A stretch of DNA of 42,310 nt from contig NIVC01000094.1 of assembly GCA_002269645.1 (NCBI GenBank), forward strand, positions 1,209,645-1,251,954. Direction: 5' to 3'. Under the pieces are notes generated by a model. The model did not search any database and was not told the DNA's origin. It was given only the letters and a program-made list of their open reading frames with translations. This DNA is from Macrostomum lignano (lineage: Eukaryota). Each line of letters begins with the position of its first letter. The stretch's first letter is position 1. Below are positions 10,811-42,310 of the stretch, piece by piece. Made by a program: the position numbers and the translations under genes.

Positions 10811-10832
10811 CTTTTAACTTGCTCACTTTCAG
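10811..10832 (+). promoter_or_regulatory. 3' splice acceptor 5 nt upstream of the TEP1 ATG (5'UTR intron or trans-splice site)
   Basis: CTTTTAACTTGCTCACTTTCAG then CCAATATG; possible cis donor AG|GTAAGC at 10423. Confidence 0.55.
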
Positions 10833-10837
10833 CCAAT

Positions 10838-36556
<25,719 letters not shown>

Positions 36557-37469
36557 TCATCAGTCTGCTTGGATGTCCTTGATTAGGGCTTTAGAAATCG
36601 TGTTAAGAAAATTACATTGTTACAGGAGTGCCAGCTACCCTGATGGCCTTCTGCACCCGATAAAGTCTTTAGACTCTCATAAAAACTTTATAATCCATTT
36701 TCATATCCACTCTACTCGAAATAATATTTACCTTCATAATTTTAGGCCTTCCTTATCTTCTTATTGTTCATTAATCAAGCAGATTCTTATTCAGTGTAGA
36801 ATTTTTCCCTGACAATTTTTGCTAATAATGTTATTCATTCTACTTACAGTAGCTTATTGTGGCGCCATAATCAAGCAAGATGCACCATTTTTTGTTTTGA
36901 GTTTTTTTCTCTGGCTTTCAGCACTGTGAGCAAGAATAATCTTATTTCTGTGTTCCTTGATTATTCTTTATTTTAATTTTCTATTTATAGTCTTTATCTT
37001 GAGCAAAACATCTCACCACTGGACGCCTTATTTAATAATCTTTTAAAAGTACATTCATTAAAAAAGTAGATCTAAAAGTTAGCGTAATCAGCCATTTGAA
37101 AACGCTTTAATTCTACATCGGTTTGCAGCCTCCTAGAGTTTCTACCTCATCTTTAGTAGTCCGCGAGAGGAGAGACAATTTGTGTAAATTGCTGCCAAGT
37201 GTTTTACAGCTAATTAAGCTGCTCAGCGGGCGGTCTCGGGCTGCTGGGGAAGGGGGGAGTTGGGGTGGCTGCGGTGACTGACAGGCAGGCGCTGGAGGCA
37301 ATCGATGAGACAGCGGCCGTCAGGTCGATCTGAGGTTTGCCCGGAGAATCCCGTGAGCTGACAAAGTCGGCCTCTCTACGTTCAGGCAAGGAGGCCCAGA
37401 GCCAGAGACTTGGAGTACCGACTCTCACCCCCCCCATTCTCAGACAACTGCAGGCTGACGGCATAACTT

Positions 37470-38172
37470 TGAGTCGGCACTCCAGACTGCGGCTGTGGGT
37501 CTCCTTGGTTCAGGTTTGGCGGGTTGGTCTGGGGAAGAGTCGGCACTCCAGACTGCGGCTGTGGGTCTCCTTGGTTCAGGTTTGGCGGGTTGGTCTGGGG
37601 AAGAGTCTGCACTCCAGACTGCGGCTCTGGGTCTCCTTGGTTCAGGTTTGGCGGGTTGGTCTGGGGAAGAGTCGGCACTCCAGACTGCGGCTCTGGGTCT
37701 CCTTGGTTCAGTTTTGGCGGGTTGGTCTGGGGAAGAGTCGGCACTCCAGACTGCGGCTCTGGGTCTCCTTGGTTCAGGTTTGGCGGGTTGGTCTGGGGAA
37801 GAGTCGGCACTCCAGACTGCGGCTCTGGGTCTCCTTGGTTCAGGTTTGGCGGGTTGGTCTGGGGAAGAGTCGGCACTCCAGACTGCGGCTCTGGGTCTCC
37901 TTGGTTCAGTTTTGGCGGGTTAGTCTGGGGAAGAGTCGGCACTCCAGACTGCGGCTCTGGGTCTCCTTGGTTCAGGTTTGGCGGGTTGGTCTGGGGAAGA
38001 GTCGGCACTCCAGACTGCGGCTCTGGGTCTCCTTGGTTCAGTTTTGGCGGGTTAGTCTGGGGAAGAGTCGGCACTCCAGACTGCGGCTCTGGGTCTCCTT
38101 GGTTCAGTTTTGGCGGGTTAGTCTGGGAAGAGTCGGCACTCCAGACTGCGGCTCTGGGTCTCCTTGGTTCAG
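37470..38172. repeat. 66-nt minisatellite
   Basis: GAGTCGGCACTCCAGACTGCGGCTCTGGGTCTCCTTGGTTCAG...GGGGAA x about 10.5. Confidence 0.95.
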
Positions 38173-38512
38173 GCTTTTCGTTCCGGTCCCGGTGGACAAA
38201 AGGTTTCATTCCAGAAAATTCTGACCTGCCATGCAGTCAGAATCGGCCCATCTGGAGGAAAATAAAAGAACGAAAAGGAAGGATGATATTTCAGCGCCAG
38301 ACGAATGCCAGATGCCGGGGAGTGAGATGACAATCGGTGCGCTTCAAGAGCACTTTTTGGCCTTGTCAGCCTCGCTTCTCTCAATGCAGCCAACCCTGAG
38401 CTGAATGATGCATGATGGCTGCGTTTTATCAATCAAAATATGAATACGATAAATATCGGTAGTCAAAAACTGCAATTTTGGAAGAAAATACATCTTATAG
38501 ATCTGCCTAGTA

Positions 38513-39150
38513 ACGGTTCTGTAGATCAGTCTGTGGAGTTTATAGTTCTGTAGATTAAGCTATGGAGTGAGGCGGTTCTGTAGTTCAGGCTATGGAGTGA
38601 GGCAGTTCTGTAGATCAGGCTATGGAGTGAGGAGGTTCTGTAGATCAGGCTATGGAGTGAGGCGGTTCTGTAGATCAGGCTATGGAGTGAGGCAGTTCTG
38701 TAGATCAGGCTATGGAGTGAGGCGGTTCTGTAGATCAGGCTATGGAGTGAGGCGGTTCTGTAGATCAGGCTATGGAGTGAGGAGGTTCTGTAGATCAGGC
38801 TATGGAGTGAGGCGGTTCTGTAGATCAGGCTATGGAGTGAGGCGGTTCTGTAGATCAGGCTATGGAGTGAGGCAGTTCTGTAGATCAGGCTATGGAGTGA
38901 GGCGGTTCTGTAGATCAGGCTATGGAGTGAGGCGGTTCTGTAGATCAGGCTATGGAGTGAGGCGGTTCTGTAGATCAGGCTATGGAGTGAGGCGGTTCTG
39001 TAGATCAGGCTATGGAGTGAGGCAGTTCTGTAGATCAGGCTATGGAGTGAGGCAGTTCTGTAGATCAGGCTATGGAGTGAGGCGGTTCTGTAGATCAGGC
39101 TATGGAGTGAGGAGGTTCTGTAGATCAGGCTATGTAGTGAGGAGGTTCTG
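38513..39150. repeat. 30-nt minisatellite
   Basis: GTTCTGTAGATCAGGCTATGGAGTGAGGCG x about 20. Confidence 0.96.
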
Positions 39151-39381
39151 TAGATCATCCCCACGAAGCTCAAAGCTCAATAAGAAAATCTTGCGGACCC
39201 CATTAAAATTTCAATTCTATAGACGGGCCAACCAACGACTTCCTGCCCTTCCTTCGATTGGTTGGCCTTGCAACCATTGGACGGAACCCAAGAGAGCAGA
39301 AGCGGGAGCGCTTGGGTTGGATACACTGCACTTCTCTAAATAATATATCAGACCGGCTGAGCCGCAGCGGTGCTGAGGTGA

Positions 39382-40047
39382 CGCCACTCTCAGGATGCTC
39401 CATTCCGGCAGCCCGGCCTCGGGCTCTGCCGCAGACTGCGGCCTGCCATCGGCTGTGCAGCTGTCTCTGGGCCTCTTCGGTCAGGCGGCGTCTTTGATCT
39501 GCGTAGCTCGACTCTACACACAGGCCAGCCTGGACTCGGAGGCGCAGCTCAACTCCGGCTTCTACACGGCAGCGGCGGCCGCATCCTGCTCGGCTTGACC
39601 TTCAGCGGCATCTACACTGGCGCCGGGGTCACCGCGGTCATCTCCAGGAAGCTGCGGCTGCAGATGGGCCGCGGCACCGTCAGGCGGAAGCGGCGCCAGC
39701 GCGCCACGCTCCGATTGGTGCTGCTGAACGGCATGGCGCTGCCCTGCGCCGCTGTGCAGGCCGGCTCCAGCGTGCCGGCGCTGCTCCACGGCCTCGCCGT
39801 GTCCGGCAACTCGCCGAAAACTTTGGCGCTCATCGGCGTGGGTTTCGCCCTGAACGTGGCCTACTGCGCCGCGGTGGCCACCCTGGCCTGCCGCCAGCTC
39901 TGCGGCGCGTTTCACCAAGTCGACGCCGACGATGGATTTGATGGAGAGAATCGGGGCGAGCCTGCTGAGGGCGACGGCGACGCTCGACCGCTTGTTGCAA
40001 CATCGTCGTTCAAGGCGGACCAAGACGGGGCCACTCGAGTCGAATAG
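39382..40047 (+). CDS. Putative 3' coding part of a multi-pass membrane protein (possibly a divergent GPCR)
   Basis: GC-rich open frame with hydrophobic segments flanking a basic loop: ILLGLTFSGIYTGAGVTAVI-SRKLRLQMGRGTVRRKRRQRAT-LRLVLLNGMALPCAAV...LALIGVGFALNVAYCAAV. 5' part unresolved. Confidence 0.35.
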   Translation, partial: RHSQDAPFRQPGLGLCRRLRPAIGCAAVSGPLRSGGVFDLRSSTLHTGQPGLGGAAQLRLLHGSGGRILLGLTFSGIYTGAGVTAVISRKLRLQMGRGTVRRKRRQRATLRLVLLNGMALPCAAVQAGSSVPALLHGLAVSGNSPKTLALIGVGFALNVAYCAAVATLACRQLCGAFHQVDADDGFDGENRGEPAEGDGDARPLVATSSFKADQDGATRVE

Positions 40048-40130
40048 AAAAAAGTCAAGGTTCTAACAGAAACAGTTCACATGGTTTTTGCCTTGTGTCC
40101 ACAAGAGGATGCGTTTTGCCAAGCTAGCAT

Positions 40131-40464
40131 TACACCTTTTTGCGTTCTATTTCGATAAAACTGCATTCAATTTCGGCAAACTGGCTTTCATTTTCTGCAT
40201 CAGCTACGGCCGCACATCCAAACTGCATTCGAATTCGACAAACCGAGAAACGATTTCGGCATCGTATATTCAACTTCGACAGCAGCGCCTCAGACACAGA
40301 CTGTCTATGGAAATAAGCGCATCTAAACCCAAACTGATTTTCAATTTCGGCAAACTGCACTCAATTTCGACAGCGCCAATTGATCTAAGAAGGGAATAAA
40401 AACAGAGGAGATGGATTTCTTTAATTCCGAACAAGTACTGCATTTGGAGTACAGTTAAGGTGTA
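40131..40464. mobile_element. MITE-like element copy A (TA-CACCTT...AAGGTG-TA)
   Basis: Short terminal inverted repeats flanked by TA; an inverted homologous copy lies nearby. Confidence 0.6.
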
Positions 40465-40596
40465 ATTGAACAAAAACCTGTGCAAAAACCTGTGCACTTA
40501 TCAGCAAGCAATAGCGCGCGAAGAAACAAAGTGCATAGCCAGAAACAATTGCACAGTATGTACATAGTATTCGTGCACAAGTGATACGCATTCAAC

Positions 40597-40778
40597 TACA
40601 CCTTAACTGTACTCCAAATGCAGTACTTGTGCAGATTCTAAGTCCTCTGCCGAAATCGTTTCTCGGTTTGTCGAATTCGAATGCAGTTTGAATGTGCGGC
40701 CGTAGCTGATGCAGAAAATGAAAGCCAGTTTGCCGAAATTGAATGCAGCTTTATCGAAATAGAACGCAAAAAGGTGTA
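40597..40778. mobile_element. MITE-like element copy B, inverted and internally deleted
   Basis: 40648-40778 is the reverse complement of 40131-40260, and 40591-40630 of 40431-40470. Confidence 0.6.
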
Positions 40779-41069
40779 GTTAAATAAAGAACAAGGATCT
40801 TGTAGATTGTTATGATTTAGTTGGAGGCCTGGGTAGCAGAGCGGTACTGCGGCTGACTGTCGTGCATCAGAAGCGATCTACGGTGCCAACTCCTCTCCTC
40901 AGAGTTTGTTAAAAGTGCGCAATGAACTTTTGCCAGCCAGCGGATGTCTATGGTAGGAGTGGGGTCCATCCTGTGTCCGCAAACTTTGTTCCAAATAAGC
41001 AACTGCTTCGCGAACCCAAGCTAATCCATATATAGTCGTTTGAGCGTCTTAAATTGGGAATCGAAACAA

Positions 41070-41360
41070 ATGTCAACTCTGCGGACCGTCCAGCTGGTGG
41101 CGGATGCTGGCAGCCTGCTGCTGACCGCGCCAGCCGCTCTGGCCGGCGTCGTGTGCAGCTGCCGGACCGGCGGCCTCGGGGTTGGCCGGCACTCGCCGCT
41201 CGACGGCTGTCGCGTCGTCCCATTGCAGGAACGACGGCCGCTGCCGCCTCCGGAGTCGCTGCCACCGTGGAGGTGACCATCACCGCCTTTGAAGTGGCCC
41301 TGCTGATGGCTTTCTGCGGACTGCAGGCGACCCGGCTGATCGTGGCTCGGAGGCTGAATG
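41070..41360 (+). CDS. Putative first coding exon of a membrane protein (one frameshift needed)
   Basis: MSTLRTVQLVADAGSLLLTAPAALAGVVCSC... / ...VAATVEVTITAFEVALLMAFCGLQATRLIVARRLN; donor G|GTGAGG at 41361, followed by an intron-type minisatellite. Confidence 0.3.
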
Positions 41361-41469
41361 GTGAGGCCTGCTGAGTCCGCGGCTTGTTTGCTGCTCTCGT
41401 TGTGGCTGGGGTTGTGCAGGGCCGCTCTGAAGGGCCTCTGGTGTTCTGAATGAACCTGTTTTGTTTCTG

Positions 41470-42150
41470 TACGATTCTTAATGAGTCCGTACGGTTCTGA
41501 GGGGGTTTGTATGGTTCCTGAGTGGAGTCTGTACGGTTCTCAGAGGGTCTGTACGGTTCTCAGAGGGTCTGTACGGTTCTCAGAGGGTCTGTACGGTTCT
41601 CAGAGGGTCTGTACGGTTCTCACAGGGTCTGTACGGTTCTCAGAGGGTCTGTACGGTTCTCAGAGGGTCTGTACGGTTCTCAGAGGGTCTGTACGGTTCT
41701 CAGAGGGTCTGTACGGTTCTCAGAGGGTCTGTACGGTTCTCAGAGGGTCTGTACGGTTCTCAGAGGGTCTGTACGGTTCTCAGAGGGTCTGTACGGTTCT
41801 CAGAGGGTCTGTACGGTTCTCAGAGGGTCTGTACGGTTCTCAGAGGGTCTGTACGGTTCTCAGAGGGTCTGTACGGTTCTCAGAGGTCTGTATGGTTCTC
41901 AGAGGGTCTGTACGGTTCTCAGAGGGTCTGTACGGTTCTCAGAGGGTCTGTACGGTTCTCAGAGGGTCTGTACGGTTCTCAGAGGGTCTGTACGGTTCTC
42001 AGAGGGTCTGTACGGTTCTCACAGGGTCTGTACGGTTCTCACAGGGTCTGTACGGTTCTCAGAGGGTCTGTACGGTTCTCAGAGGGTCTGTACGGTTCTC
42101 AGAGGGTCTGTACGGTTCTCAGAGGGTCTGTACGGTTCTCACAGGGTCTT
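41470..42150. repeat. 20-nt minisatellite
   Basis: GTACGGTTCTCAGAGGGTCT x about 32. Confidence 0.96.
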
Positions 42151-42310
42151 TACACTGCTTTATAAAACTCCCAGCTATTTAGTTAAGCCCTGTAATTCAC
42201 CTTCTACACGATGGTGGCTAGTGGTACACCTCCATGGCAACTTTCATACAGTGCTTTATATTTGTATCGCTCAGTCACCATCGTCCTGTCATTGGCCTTG
42301 TCCAGTGCTC

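Overview
Eukaryotic (animal) genomic DNA with GC-rich exons, GT-AG introns and minisatellite-filled introns. The style resembles the flatworm Macrostomum, but that is an inference. From 5' to 3': the last exon of a gene with a CARD-like domain (111-414); a very young, gag-less Ty3/Gypsy LTR retrotransposon (1840-5584) with identical LTRs, a 5-bp TSD, a tRNA-Ser PBS and an intact pol; an AATF/BFR2 gene on the minus strand (7591-8954); and, head-to-head with it, a complete 24-exon TEP1 gene (10838-36556, about 2,930 aa; TROVE-vWA-DUF4062-NACHT-WD40) carrying two RGG boxes inserted in the TROVE region. TEP1 introns contain a hAT-type non-autonomous element, a CORE-like SINE and, in 19 of 23 introns, an intron-specific tandem repeat. 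Several of these repeats are arrays of splice-signal-like motifs. The 3' end holds poorly resolved membrane-protein-like coding islands and an inverted pair of MITE-like copies. Most long ORFs in the supplied track are artefacts of repeats. Scattered 1-nt frameshifts may be assembly errors. All homology calls come from motif recognition by eye; no searches were run.
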